The notes below the pieces were generated by a model. That model was not told where the DNA came from. It saw nothing but the letters and a program-made list of their open reading frames with translations, and did not search any database. A stretch of DNA of 64,000 nucleotides, taken from contig OZ024740.1 in the NCBI GenBank assembly GCA_964016885.1, forward strand, positions 404,178,001 through 404,242,000, in the 5' to 3' direction. The first letter of the stretch is position 1. The number at the start of each line of letters is the position of its first letter. A program made the translations under genes and the position numbers. Of this stretch, positions 12,858-26,394 are shown piece after piece. This DNA is from Eledone cirrhosa. Lineage: Eukaryota.

Positions 12858-13132
12858 ATGAGTCCTGAGTTCAATTGGGAGTAGCCATAGTAAGTAAGAT
12901 ACTCAATACATTAGTAGAGTGTAACCATCAAGTTTAATATAGAAATGGTTTCTACAGGACTAGAACTGTTTCATTCAAAAGAAATCATCAGGGCTTTCCT
13001 GACGATATATTTTGAATGAAACAGTTCTAATCCTGTAGAAGACATTTCTATATTAAATTTGTTGTATACATGCTACTAATGTATTAGGTACTTTACTTAC
13101 TGTGATTACCCCCGATTGAACCTGGGACTCAC
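12858..13132. repeat. Imperfect palindrome containing two divergent hammerhead motifs (12950-12992 -, 12996-13040 +)
   Basis: Minus arm CTGATGA-TTTC TTTT GAAT-GAAA-CAG TTCTAGTC CTG-TA; plus arm CTGACGA...GAAT-GAAA-CAG TTCTAATC CTG-TA-GAA. Confidence 0.8.
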
Positions 13133-13173
13133 ATATCACTTAGCACCTTATCCTGCCCCTTATAACCATTTAC

Positions 13174-13286
<113 letters not shown>

Positions 13287-14174
13287 TGTGTGTGTGTGTA
13301 TGCGTATGTATGGGTGTGTATGTGTGTATGTGTGTGTGTGTATATGAAATTATAGTCGCGTACGTACCTGTGATTAGATATACATGGGGCGAGATATATA
13401 TATATATACGTCCCTCGTGTGTATGTATATACGCATACATGCGCATTTGTCTGTACGTATTTGTGTGTATAAATATTTTCTATGGATATATGTTATTTAT
13501 AGATATATGTGTATGTACGTGCGTCCCTATGTTTGTTTTCTTTGCTCTAGTGTTAATTGATTACTTTCTCTTTCATTTAAAGATTTTTTTCATTCTGATA
13601 TACTGTTTCATTTTTATACATATATCGAGAATGACACTTCTTTTCACTATTACACTCCCTTCCCGCTTTATCTTCCGCATATAAGTGACTGCGCGTGTGT
13701 GTGTGTGTGTGTTTATACGCGTGCTTTCATACTCGTATGTGTATTTAATACCTGTATCTAGATGCGTGTCAACTATATCATCATCTTCTCTTTCAACTCA
13801 TATTATATCCGTATTTGTGGTCACATATACACAAATATACTTGCCCTCATATATGTACTTACGCACACATTTTCACCATACACATGCATTTGTACATACA
13901 CACATATGTACATTTGTGGGTGTATATACATACATATACACATACCTAACTATATTTCCTTATATTTTTGGTATATTTTTCTATATTTTTTAATATATCT
14001 CTTGCATTACTTTTATTTATATATCTTTTGCATTTCTTGAAGAGACTTTCCAAATATTTCACTATGTTTTATATTACCTTGTCCGACGAACGAATGAGGA
14101 CGTTTTTTTAGTATTCGTCTTATTCGGGAAACCTCTGGTAATGAGGTAATTATATTGTATTGTTTATTATACAT

Positions 14175-14284
<110 letters not shown>

Positions 14285-14521
14285 ATATAGAGAGAAACAC
14301 ACAGATACATGCGGACACATACATATACATCAATATATCCACACATATCTCTGTGTTAGTGGTGCCAACCTCAACCGATGTTGCTCTATGAATAACTGGG
14401 ACAGAACTATCCGAATGGATTAGACTGATTCAGTATCAGAGCTATATAGTACATTATGAAGAGAGAAGAAACATTAGATATAATTAGTAATAAGATATAT
14501 CATACCTAGCTGTTTCTTCAG

Positions 14522-14615
14522 TCCCCGACTACGTAGTTTCGTGGCATATTATGCAAAAACACTAGATCATAGAGATATAGAGCTTTTGTGAGGTTCTGCC
14601 GACTTATCAAGGGGA
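14522..14615 (-). ncRNA. Hammerhead motif, U3-A8 core variant with extended stem II
   Basis: Minus strand TCCCC-TTGATAA-GTCGGCA...TGCCAC (63 nt)-GAAA-CTACGTAG-TC-GGGGA; palindromic stem III, GUC cleavage triplet. Confidence 0.75.
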
Positions 14616-14890
14616 TACCTCATTAAGGATTTCAAAACACGTCTGCACTGCGCGAGATAGAATCTCGAAAAAGCGGAGGGAGAGTCAATCACGTGATACA
14701 GCGGTCAAGAAACAGAGCTAAGCCCCTTATAACCCTGAAAAAAATACCACCGAGGCGAAGGGTGTATTCATATCAAAGCCGTAGAAGAGGTGGTTTGAGG
14801 AGGCGAGAAGTATGAGTAATGGTAGCTATCCAGCAGTCACTACACTTCAAAGGTTACTCGACCAAAGGGAGTTATAAACAATATATACAG

Positions 14891-15078
14891 AGAAGAAGAA
14901 GAAGAAGAAGAAGAAGAAGAAGAAGAAGAAGAAGAAGAAGAAGAAGAAGAAGAAGAAGAAGAAGAAGAAGAAGAAGAAGAAGAAGAAGAAGAAGAAGAAG
15001 AAGAAGAAGAAGAAGAAGAAGAAGAAGAAGAAGAAGAAGAAGAAGAAGAAGAAGAAGAAGAAGAAGAAGAAGAAGAAG
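14891..15078. repeat. (AAG)n microsatellite
   Basis: Pure trinucleotide run of about 62 units. Confidence 0.98.
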
Positions 15079-15243
15079 CCCCCCCCCCCCACACACACAC
15101 ACACACCTAAAAAAATTACTATTCAAATAGTATCCAGCTGGTAACGGCTACCTTCCACCTCCCGCACTGAGAATACTCAAATTTTACGATATCCATACAC
15201 ACTCATCGCTTCCAACGTTTCCAATTAATGTTTTATCTATATA

Positions 15244-15886
15244 CTAGCCAAATTACCCGCGCGTTGCTGCGTTTCACACATTTTTTTGTAAGAAAATGAA
15301 TATTGATTTTAAATCAGTGATATAATTATGGAGAAAAAAATGCATTTCAATATTACTCAATGTAAAATCTAATGCATGAAAAATTGGAAAACATTATTTT
15401 TTGTAATATATCAAATCAAAATGACATTATTAAATCTTATTCTTATTTTGTTTCTTGCAAATATTTTTTTTTCAAAATATCAATTCAAAACTTGATCATT
15501 TCATTTTTGTGTAAAACATTATTTTCAAATTAAAAATTCAAAGTTCCAATACTCATGTTATGGGCTTCCAAAATGTTCACTATAGGGGGTTTAACCCCAT
15601 TAGGATGTCTTAATATTATTGAAATTTGCTGAAATTGTGTGAATAGGCATCATACCTTGTCATTTACCTATGGTTTAAATTTCATATGAATAGAAGGGAA
15701 AATATTTTCAGCGGGGGTTTGTGTCCCCGAGGAACCCTTTGATTGAAATGAAGTATACTTATCCAAGTACCCTGGGTAATATAGTTTCAGAATATACATG
15801 GTTATGGGGGTCTATCTCCAAAATCATAGGAGGAGTTGGTGAACAAACAAACAAACAGACAGGAACTACAACTTTATATATATAGA
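15244..15886 (-). mobile_element. Non-autonomous Helitron
   Basis: Minus strand 5' TCTATATATATAAAG..TGTCTGTTTGTTTG, 3' GCAGCAACGCGCGGG hairpin region then CTAG, flanked by A and T. Confidence 0.75.
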
Positions 15887-16128
15887 TATAACAAAACGTT
15901 ATCGCTCTACATGGCTGAATACAATAAATGTAATCTGACAGTTGGCAGGTGAATAGCGAACTGCACTGATGAAGGATAACCACCTAGAAACATTAGTGGT
16001 TGTTTACATGCCAACACAAGAGCAAGAATGGGGGGCTCATTCTACTGACATGGCTTAAAAGAGGCTGTTTGCATAATTGCAAACGAATCGAATATTATTA
16101 TTAATATTCGAAAAACTCAGATTACATC

Positions 16129-16186
<58 letters not shown>

Positions 16187-16199
16187 TTAATATAGATGA

Positions 16200-16248
16200 G
16201 ATTCTACAGGACTAGAACTGTTTCATTCATTAGAAATCATCAGGAATC
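16200..16248 (-). ncRNA. Hammerhead ribozyme motif in a PLE-like 3' end (16185-16590)
   Basis: Minus strand GATTC-CTGATGA-TTTC TAAT GAAT-GAAA-CAG TTCTAGTC CTG-TA-GAATC; flanking unit homologous to 62030-62505. Confidence 0.85.
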
Positions 16249-16594
16249 TGGGTATCAAAAAATAAATATGGTATTTATAGGTCTCTACAAGTGGTAGGAG
16301 AGGGTGGGGAGTGGGATGGGTGCAGGTCATTGGTTGATAGAAAAGGGAATTCATTAAAAGCTAATTCTACAAAGCTATAGTTAATTTTTATTTTTATTTA
16401 TATTTATTTATGTTTTTAGAGTAACAAAGGCAGACAGAATTCTATAAACAGGTTCCGGATGGCATACCATTCCTTGTCAATAAGTTTCTCTTAAGCTAAC
16501 AGATGTCTATAAAATCAGTGGGGGGTCAGTCATGCTCCATAGAATTAAAGAAAAGGGAGATTCTTTAAAAGCTAAAGTCATTAAGGTTCTACTA

Positions 16595-19500
16595 ACAGTG
16601 GAGACGGTGACCTTGTGTTTTTTAGCGAATGAGAAGAACACTTTGGGGTTGAGTTTGATTTTCTCAATGGCCCACCTCTCTTTAGCTATTCTCTGGTTAT
16701 TGATGATGGTCATCATGCATTGCTGGAGGTTATATTTTTTTTTACTCAAGCAGGGTGATAGCCATTGAATGTGTGTGTTGCTGTTGGCAGTATTTTAGTG
16801 TGTTCATTTTTTGTTTGTTCTTTTTATTTTTCTGATAATTATTTTTCTGTTTTGGGGGATACTGCACTTGGTTTTGTTCACAGGTTTTGGTGGGGTGTGT
16901 TTTGTACATATATTTGTGACAGTGTCTACAAAGATCTGCCAAGATGTTTTGATGTTGGTGGAAGTGTGTGCGTGTGTAAAAGACCAGTCGACATGTGATA
17001 GTTCGTTCATAATTGCATCCCAGTTGGAGATCCATGTTATCAAATGGGTGGGCTGGAGAGAGGACCCTGGGATTAGCTTTCGGCTGGTGGAATCTTAGGT
17101 TACAAAGAACCATGTCATGGTCTGAGAGAAGGGTTTTTTCCACTGTAATATTATGTATAGTGTTAGTGTGGTTACTAAACACTAGATCCAGAATGTTCTT
17201 CTGATGCCTCGTTGGTGCAAGGACAAGTTGTGACAAGAAAAACTCATTCATGAAGTCAAGAAGTGATTCGACAGCCTCTTTGTCAGTGGTTGAGGCTGTG
17301 GAGCCTGGTTTCAAACTACATGTAGACCAATCGACACGGGGTAGATTAAAGTCTCCCATCAAAAGTATGTTGCTAGAATGGCACTGTTTAATAAAGCATT
17401 TAATACTGTTGAGGCATTCTTTGAAGCAGATTATGGGTGTTTGTGGTGGCCTATAGAGCCCATCTAATGTCAGGTCATTGGCTTTATTGTGCACAGTGAC
17501 TGATTCACAGTATCCATTAGAGAATGTTGTGTTGCCATCTGCCGTAAAGGAATCATGCAGGAAAATGGCAGTTCCACCCTTCCTTCTGCCAACACGATCC
17601 GCACGGATGGTTGTGAAATTTCTCACTCTTACTTCGGCCTCCAAGTGGGAGTTGTCAAGGTGGGTCTCACTAAGAATGAAGAAGGGGGTGTGAAATGGAT
17701 GGTTACCAACCCAATCCTCAATGAATTGGATCTTCCATTTCTGTGCATTGGTGGATGGGCTGATACCTTGTGTATTGAGTAAGAATGTGGAGGCTAGTGT
17801 GGTGGCTGGTTTTGACTGTTGCAGGGGGCTTGTTTTGTGATTGTGTGTTAGTGACAGCAAGGTTGGTGTTGGGTGATGGCTAAAATGTTTTTCTCTATCT
17901 CTTTTGCCAGGTTCATGGCTAAAAAAGAAAGATTTCTTTTTTGTTCAGGGAGCAGTTTTTGATTGGATTTGTGGTTACAACATTGAATAGGGTTGCAGTT
18001 CCCTCTTTTGTTGTTGTTGTATTTGTTTTAATTGTGCCTTTGTGAAAAGACTGGAGCAGCGTTATTTTTGTTGTTGTTGTGATCGTGTCTTTGTGACAAG
18101 ACTTGAGCAGCATTACTTTTGTTGTTTTTGTTGTTGTAATCATGTCTTTGTGAGGAGACTGGAGCAGCATTACTGCAGCAGGGGGTGGCTTTATTGTGGT
18201 TTGTGGGTTGGCATGAAGCCCCCTTTCTGTTCGTGCGTTCTGTCCCAGAAAGATGAGTGAAGGGACAGTCAGTCAGCAGACATAGCCTCTCACGTTGGGA
18301 ATGATGGCAAATTTTGGGACTGCGACCTATACGTGCAGGCAGTGTGCTTTGGTGATGGCTGGCTGTGTTAGTGCGCCTAGTACCCGGTAAATGGGTAAAT
18401 ATACAGTCGCTACGTGTGCATAGCCTCTGATGTAGTGAGTAGCGGCATATTTGGGGGTTTCTAGTATGTGTAGTGGGAGGTGCATACAGCCCCATAGAAC
18501 TTTTTTTTATAGTTCTTTTGACTATGGCATGGTCGTGGTGGTGATGTGGGGGAAGAAAGCATTGGTGGTGATGATGATGATGATGACAACTGTGGTGGGA
18601 GAGAGAGCAGTGGTCCATTACTAGCAGTTGGTGTGGCAGAAGATGTAGATGTAGCAGGAGATGGTGACGGTGGTGATGGTGATGGCGATAATGATGGCTG
18701 AGTGAGTGGCTGAGTGATACTGTCATTTAGTAGTTCGGCGATTATGCTTGAATTCAGTAGTGGTTGCTCCTGGCTTTCTGGCCGTTGTTGTTGTTGTGGC
18801 TGTTGTTGTTGTGGCTGTTGTTGTTGTTGTTGTTGTTGTTGTCGTTGCCGTTGTTGTTGTTGTTGTTGTTGCCGTTGCCGTTGTTGTTGTTGTTGTGTTT
18901 TTCCATTAGAGTAAATATGTCGAAGTTTTTCAAAATGGTTTTGAATTAGTTTGAAAGAGACTTCTACGTGTTTTAGTTTGTTGCTTAGCAGACCTCGTGG
19001 TAAATGTTTGGGCTGTTTTTTCAGAAATTTCATTCAGACATGACGCGTTAATGTTTGATGTTTGTGACAGAGAATCCCATGTGTTTATTAAGAGGTCAAT
19101 TTCATTTTCAGACCAATTTCGTCCGTTGTGGGCTTGCTGGTCAGTAGTCATATTTTTTTTTTTTATTATTATCCTTGTGTGCGTTTTAAGATGTTTGTTA
19201 TTTAATACGTGGGTGAGACTTTGGTTATTTGAAGAAATTAAAGAATCGCGTATATATATATATATATATATATATATTCTCTCTTATGGATGTGAGTTTC
19301 GTTGTTTGAGGATGTTAATAATTTTTGGTTATTTGGTTGTTTGAAGATATCCAAGGAAAAACGAGTGTATATAATAGTTTGTAGTTAAGAAGACTTACTT
19401 GCGAGTTTGTAGGGAAAGCACGTGTATTTGTATATACTTTTTTCTTTATGTGAGTGAGCCTTTGGTTATTTGAAGATATTAAGGTAGCGTATATATATAG

Positions 19501-19630
19501 ATGTGTATTCTCCTTTATGGATGTGAGATTTGGTTATTTGGGTTGTTTAAGGTTGTTAAAAGTTTTTGGTTATTTGGTTGTTTGGAGATATTAAGAGAAA
19601 AACGAGTGTATATAATAATGTGTAGTTAAG
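16595..19630 (-). mobile_element. 3'-truncated CR1/L2-group (Jockey superfamily) LINE: tandem-repeat 5' UTR, ORF1, APE endonuclease
   Basis: ORF 16742-17860 has APE motifs (LNTQG, LSETHL, RADR..RKGGTAI, YRPP, MGDFNLP, PTR..NILDLVF, SDH); ORF1 pieces at 17919-19151; two ~240-bp repeats at 19205-19630. Confidence 0.85.
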
Positions 19631-19912
19631 ATAATAATATAATAATATATATATATAATAATATATATATATAATAATTATATATATATATATATCACAG
19701 AAAAAAGTGAATCAGTATTGCGACGAAAGGAATTTATTGGACATATTACAATTGTTTCTCGGGCGACCAGCTCGAGGCACGATCGATGTGGTGATCAAAC
19801 CTGGCTCTGAAATTTCGCGGTCCTCGGATACGTCTCGATTCTACGAAGCAGATTTTCCTACGGCCTACCGCATACGGACGCTCTAAGCACCAACACCAAT
19901 TATATATATATA

Positions 19913-20075
19913 CTAGCAGAGGTACCCGGCGTTGCTCGGTATTAAATAGCAGTTATGTATACCATTTATGTCAATACTTCAGTACTCCTTCGAAAACTAT
20001 ACTTTTACAAAATCATCGGCTTTTTCCAAATGGGGGTTCCTGCCCCCAGGGGTCCCCTACTCAATATGTGCCAAT
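19913..20075 (-). mobile_element. Helitron 3'-end fragment
   Basis: ACTAGCAGAGGTACCCGGCGTTGCTCGG matches the terminus at 5986-6015. Confidence 0.6.
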
Positions 20076-20147
20076 TTATATATACATACATACATACATA
20101 CATATATACATATATACATACATATATAGATATATGCATACATACAT

Positions 20148-20710
20148 ACATGGTGGCTGCCAACTCGTTTTCGAGTACGGCCACTACTTTATATCCATGT
20201 AGGAGAACTCCTACCGATGCGCTGAACGAGTGTGACTTTTTAGTCCAGCAAGCGACTTGAAAACTCTGGTACAAACACTACACTTGCGACAATTATTGAC
20301 ACATAGTGCTGGGCCCTTGGTACCATGTGATGACAAGTGCAGAGAGATCTCCAGATATAAAGCAATGCCTGTGCCGTGAAGCTTTTATAGTGAGCAAAGG
20401 CACTGCACAAAGCCAGTCCCACTCTCTTAACCAAGATGATATTTACCAAAAAGAAGAACAAGTCAACATCATTGGATACCATCAGGGTTGCAGGTGTTAT
20501 ATCAGAGTTTTCCTTCTCCTAGAATTCTGCCCCGACAAAGGTTAAGGGGTCATCTCTCCCGGTGATCTTGGATGACCATTGACTCTTAAGAGCTCCTTTG
20601 CCCTTTGACAGGTTTTGTTTTTAGTCCTGCAGGATGTCCAAAGTCACCCTCCTCACCAAGAAACCTTGGTGGGGTTGCCAGTTTAGTCGCCAACGACCCG
20701 ACTATGAGAC
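20148..20710 (-). mobile_element. Short RTE-derived non-autonomous element
   Basis: Homologous to 41040-41410 (+); near its 3' end encodes KCSVCTRVFKSLAGLKSH, like the C-terminal zinc finger of RTE ORF2; flanked by (CATA)n. Confidence 0.55.
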
Positions 20711-20787
20711 ATACATACATACATACATACATACACACATACATACATACATACATACATACATACATACATACATACATACATACA

Positions 20788-20899
<112 letters not shown>

Positions 20900-21068
20900 A
20901 AAGTGGTTATAGAACAGTCAGTTCACCATACTGAGGATCCGCTAAGGTGAAACAATTGTTCTCGGTATGGTGAACTAACTGTTGTGTAACCACTTCTACC
21001 TAACTCGTCCCATGGACTGAGTGCTCTACCACTACGGATATTATCTTCCAGTGTTCTATATATATATA

Positions 21069-21101
<33 letters not shown>

Positions 21102-22115
21102 GCGAAATATTAAACACATGATACAAGAGAATTATGAAATAGCTTCTAGCCGTCTTCATTATATAACAATTTTGAAATAATATTTCAATGAATCAAGTTT
21201 TCGTAATTGGTGCTAACGATCGTTGGGGTTAGACGTTTGACTATGTATCTATGATGGCATTTCAGTAGTCTTTAGGAATGTTTTGTGGTATCCACGCCTT
21301 TTCCAAGCATGCTCATCACCCCATATCTACAAATATAATGCCAAATATAATATTACATTACCAGAAAGAATGATTATTTGCTTGCACTCAAATTACTCGG
21401 AGTGCTTTCGTACACTTTCAAAAGAAGACAGACGGGTGGGGACACACACAGACACGCACACACACACGCACATGGAGATGCATACATACATACATATATG
21501 TGTGTGTATGTATATATGTGGGCGATTACTGGACTGAAAAAGAAATATATATGTATATTTGTTTTACAGAGACGGCTTAATTATACATATACACCTGTAT
21601 TGTAATATTATATTTGCTTCTACAATTACGGTGGAAATAGGTTTTTGTTTCGGTCAGATAATATGTCTAGACGGCGAAATGGCAAAGTCATTAGAATTTC
21701 GGATAGCAGGCTTTGCGACATTCATCCCGGCTCGCTGCGTTCAAAACCCGTCCATGTCATCTTTGTCTTTCGTCCTTTCGAGGTCTCTCTCTCTCTCTCT
21801 CTCTCTCCTTTCTCTGAAAAAAATCGACAGTGTTCGAATTTGAAAAGGAGATGATATCTGCCTGGTTTAAAATCCCAATGCACGCTGTATGTCGCGAGAG
21901 CGCTCATACGACTCATCAGGAGTTAAGAGCTCATACTAACAAATATTATATGCGCATTTTTATATAATCAACATGACTCAAAATCATACTACAATTGTCT
22001 TGAGTTTTGTGTTCAATATTTCACTTATCTAATCAGTGGTTTATTCACCAGCTTGTGAATAAACACAAAAATAGAGGTAAATATAAATAATTGTATATTT
22101 CGGGCTAATTATTGT

Positions 22116-22218
22116 TTTCTTCTTCTTCTTCTTCTTCTTCTTCTTCTTCTTCTTCTTCTTCTTCTTCTTCTTCTTCTTCTTCTTCTTCTTCTTCGTCTTC
22201 TTCTTCGTCTTCTTCTTC

Positions 22219-22250
<32 letters not shown>
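22116..22250. repeat. (TTC)n-(TTA)n compound microsatellite
   Basis: Direct observation. Confidence 0.97.
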
Positions 22251-25200
22251 GTTGGTGAAGCCACGCTTCTTATCGCCTCCAGTTTTTTTCAACGTTTTAC
22301 CTCGTTTTCAACCGTTCTAAACCTTTTATTCAAGTTTTAAATTTGATAAAAGTTTAGAAGAAGTGACCCACCTAATACAGGGGTTCACTCGTAAATAATA
22401 CGGCACCCCTTTACGGGGTGTCGTATCCGTATTTGTGTAAAAATATTTTTTTTTTATTTCAACATGGATAACACAAGAAAGAGAGAGAGCGCTGTCAGAC
22501 AACACAGAGAGAGGGGGACTTTATCAGCATGTCAACAAGACAGTAAATATAAACGAAAATATTACAAAGGAAAAGAAGATTTAAAATTAACAAATATTTC
22601 TAACATAAACAACACCAACAATAACACCAACAACAACAACAACACCATCAATAACAACAGCAACAACAATAATAACAGCGGTAAAGTCGAGAACGACAAT
22701 AACAAAAATAACAGCGGTAAGGTCGAGAACGACAATAACAAAAAATAACAGTGGTAAGGTCGAGAACGACAATAACAATGACAATAACAACAGCCACAAC
22801 AACAATAATAGTAGGAACAGTATCAACAAAAACAACAATAATAACAACATCCACAATAACAGTAACAACAACAGTATCAACGAAAACAACAACAACAACA
22901 ACAACTGTACCAATGAAAACAACAACAATGACACCGATACCTGTAATAGCGACCTCAGCACCACCAGTATGACCAGTAGCGGCAGCAATAGTGGTGCTGC
23001 TGAAAAAGGGACCACTTCTTTTGCAGGTGTCGCCCGAAATATCGAGACAGTGTTAGTCACAGAGGAGGAGATGGCAGTCGCAAGGGCCATGGTGACAAGA
23101 AGCGCAAATAGAGTTTCCCTGAAACCTCCACCAGATTTTTTCAAGGACCAGCAGCTACGGACGGTGACTTACCGTAAGCAAAATCTCACATCGAGTGGAG
23201 AAAGCCACGGAGGCTCAAATCCAAAAGGCCTTGGGGTGCGTCTGGGCACGCAAAACCCACATCACCCGAGGCAGAAAGTACGTCACAGTAGACGTACTTT
23301 TCGCCATCCCCCAGAAAGCAAAGTCTCACTCTTTGGAAACCCTAAAGAGTGAGGAGATAGTCTTGGTGCCCTCCTACTGCGGGCAGAGAAATTGTGAGGG
23401 TCAAAGTGACCCAGGTCCCACCCGACGTGCCCATACCTTGGCTGGCCGCGTCTGTCCTTGCTGGAATCGAGAACAGGACGACCATGCTGCAAGTAAAAAA
23501 AATAGGGAGAGAGAATTGGTCAGGTATAGGCATGCAAATGCTTATACAAACTCACCAGGAATGTAGCGACGCTATCCCCGATATCATAGACATCCAGGAA
23601 GGACTCCAACTCCCTATAAGTGTAGAAGGAAGACGCCCAAAATGTTATCTCTGTGGGTCGAAGGGTCACCTCAGGGCCTTTTGCCCGCAGAAGACAGCGA
23701 AGAAGGCCCCTCTTCTTCCAATACCTGGTCCGCTGCTACCAAGAGCAGGGCAGGCAACAAACGAAGAAGCCCCTTCCACGGTGAGTAGGAGGGCAACGTC
23801 CGTAGCACCCGTACCAAGGCCACGGACAACTAAAGCAGCATCATCAGTGGCGGCAACACCAATAGCTACATTTGAAGTAGCTACACCAACAGCAAAATTG
23901 CCGAAGAGGGCTCCACTACCACCACCAACAGCCGTGGAGCACATACCCCTCCCAGATGCCACAGAATCCGACATGGAGTTTGAGGCGGGAGTGAAGTGGC
24001 AAACGGTCTGCCACAAAAAACAAAAAACAAAAAACCCCTTAGATTCACCCTCCAAAATCGAAGGCATACAAAGAGGGGTAAAGGCAGCAAGGAAACTTGC
24101 AGCAACACCACCACCATCACCACCACAAGCACCACTGACAACAACAACCACACCACCACCAGCATCACCAAAAACACCAACAACGCAAACACAACAAGAC
24201 ACACACACCAAACAGCAACAAGAAGAAAACAGCAACAAAATCCCCCCTCCCCCCAAAAAAGTACACAGCCATAAACATGGCAAAAAAAGAACTCATACAA
24301 TATATAAAGCAGCACACAGACATCACAGAAAAAAACTATTACACCCCACCAACACCAAGAACTCTCCCGACAAACATAAGCATCATCGAAATCTCAATAG
24401 AACAGTACAAACCTTTAAAACAAAAATTCACCAATGCAGTTGGAGACTTCAGAGGGTCGGTTACCAAGAGGATATACACTGACATCCTCTTGGAAACACC
24501 CATGACCAGCGAAAGGGACGGTTCTACTGTCCCTTCACCACACGAACAAGGTAAGTGACCTTTTCTCACTTGCCCCGTTTCTCATCCAACATGGCCGTAC
24601 TCACAATAGGCAGTATAAATGCACGTGTCCTGGGGTCATCTTGGAAGCAAGGTCACCTGCTCAACGACCTCAGGTCACTAAACATAGATGTGGTGGCCAT
24701 CAGTGAAACCAGAATCTCCGAAGCACAAGCTTTCGCACCGATCTTCGGTGGCTACGATGTATACGCATCTCCCAGTCGTCCAAGATCATGCGATACATCA
24801 TAGAGAGGGTGGTTAAGGAACCTGGCAATGTGGGGCCCTGATCAACTTGGGTCAATCCAAAGCATTTGATAGGGTCGACCATCGGTACCTGGCGGCGGTC
24901 CTCGAGGCAGCCGGTTTCGGGCCCGTTTTCAGGGGTTGGATCGCAGCAATGTACAGCGACATCTGCTCAGTTGTGAGGGTGAACGGTCACCTGTCGCAGC
25001 CGTTCAGCATCATGCGCTCAGTCCGACAGGGTTGTCCCCTCTCGTCCCTCTTGTACGTATTGGCTCTCGAGCCGTTACTGCACAAACTGGGGGCGATGAG
25101 GGGCGTCCCATGGTCAGACGATCCATCTGCTGTCAACACCCGTTGCGTGGAGGACTAGGCATGCCATGGCTGATGATGCGCAAACATGCGCTGAGGCTGC

Positions 25201-26334
25201 GACATCTCTGGTGCTTCCTTGATGGTGAACAGGTGTGGTCGCCGTTCGCCAGGCACGTTTTCCCATAGCTCATCTCCTTGACGGAGCTGCAGTCCTGGGT
25301 CAGAAAAAGACCGAGGGATAGCGCTTGGAAACTGGAATGTCTCCAGGCGCTCACTTCCCTCTGCCAGCTGGGCACCAGTATCAGTGGAACATCCACCTCG
25401 GCGTTCTATAGAGGACTAGTGGAGGGGAAGAGCGACGACATTCTCGGAGAGATCCTGGGCGTCGAAGAAGATCAGCTGTTTGCTCTCTTCCGGAGAACTT
25501 TCAGCCCAGGGCCTATGGATAACTTCCAAAAATCCCTGGCCTGGCAGTGCTACCGGGGAGCGCTGCCGGTTCGAAATAAGCTCTACAGGCACGGAAGTGC
25601 CGTCAGCCGAGCCTGTCCGAGATGCGCGCAGAGCGACGAAACCGTCGTGCACGCACTCGTTCAGTGCCCGAGCATTGCTGACTTGTGGATCTATGTCGAA
25701 CAGTTGCTGTCGTGTGTGGGACTGATCCGGTTGTCGACTGAGTCCATTATGCAGATGGTCTCGCCGTCTTCCTTCGAGGAGCAAAGGCAGGCGGTTTTCA
25801 TCTGCCTGGTGGCCATGGCGAAAGAGATTGTGTGGTGGACAAGGTTAAAAGGGTTAAAGACACACACTTTCCTCTTCGGCGAATCCCTAATTAACTTTTT
25901 CAAGTTTCACTTGAAGAGGAAAATCAGGGTGGAGAGACAAGTGCTGCTTTCTAGCAAGTTTGTTGAAAGGTGGGTGAATGTAGCGAGAATGGTCCGAGTG
26001 AACGGGACCACTCTGAATATACGTCTGTAGTTTGAGAGATGGAAAAATTGGGAGAGGGCGCTTGCCCTGGTGGTCAGGGTGGCCGTGGTCTTTTGTGTGG
26101 TTTTCGCCACGAGTAACCCTCGGGGTTTCCCCCCTATTGGGGAATTTTTCGTTGTTTCAATTTTCATTTTTATTGTTTATATATATATATATGTTTCTAT
26201 GTCCTTTTTTTTTCTTTTCTTATATAAATAATAAAAATATTTACACGCACAAAACCCACATCGTACCGTCCTGTACCGTCCTGTGCCGTCTGTAATGTTT
26301 TTCTTGATGTCAGCCCTTGTGGCCAATAAAGAAA

Positions 26335-26340
<6 letters not shown>
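22251..26340 (+). mobile_element. Tx1/L1-type LINE copy A with two internal ORF2 deletions
   Basis: Frameshifted ORF1 22464-24558 with CCHC knuckle CYLCGSKGHLRAFC; ORF2 from 24591 (TIGSINAR..ISETR), QSKAFDRVDH, VRQGCPLS, CPRC..DETVVH..C; ends AATAAA-GAAATC-(ATT)n. Confidence 0.9.
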
Positions 26341-26384
<44 letters not shown>

Positions 26385-26394
26385 GTTATTACTC

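Noticed and set aside
15963-16003. Hammerhead-like motif, with similar remnants at 19745, 21872-21924, 37255, 39640, 41810 and 56940
   Set aside because: Conserved core positions are mutated or the 5' half is missing; counted only as degraded remnants.
20903-20994. Functional hammerhead in the long hairpin
   Set aside because: CTGAG is itself paired in the hairpin arm and no UH abuts stem I; treated as an inversion remnant.
23666-24315. Long antisense ORFs over Tx1 ORF1 (also 28345-28941 and 22587-23144)
   Set aside because: Shadow frames of CA-rich low-complexity coding sequence.
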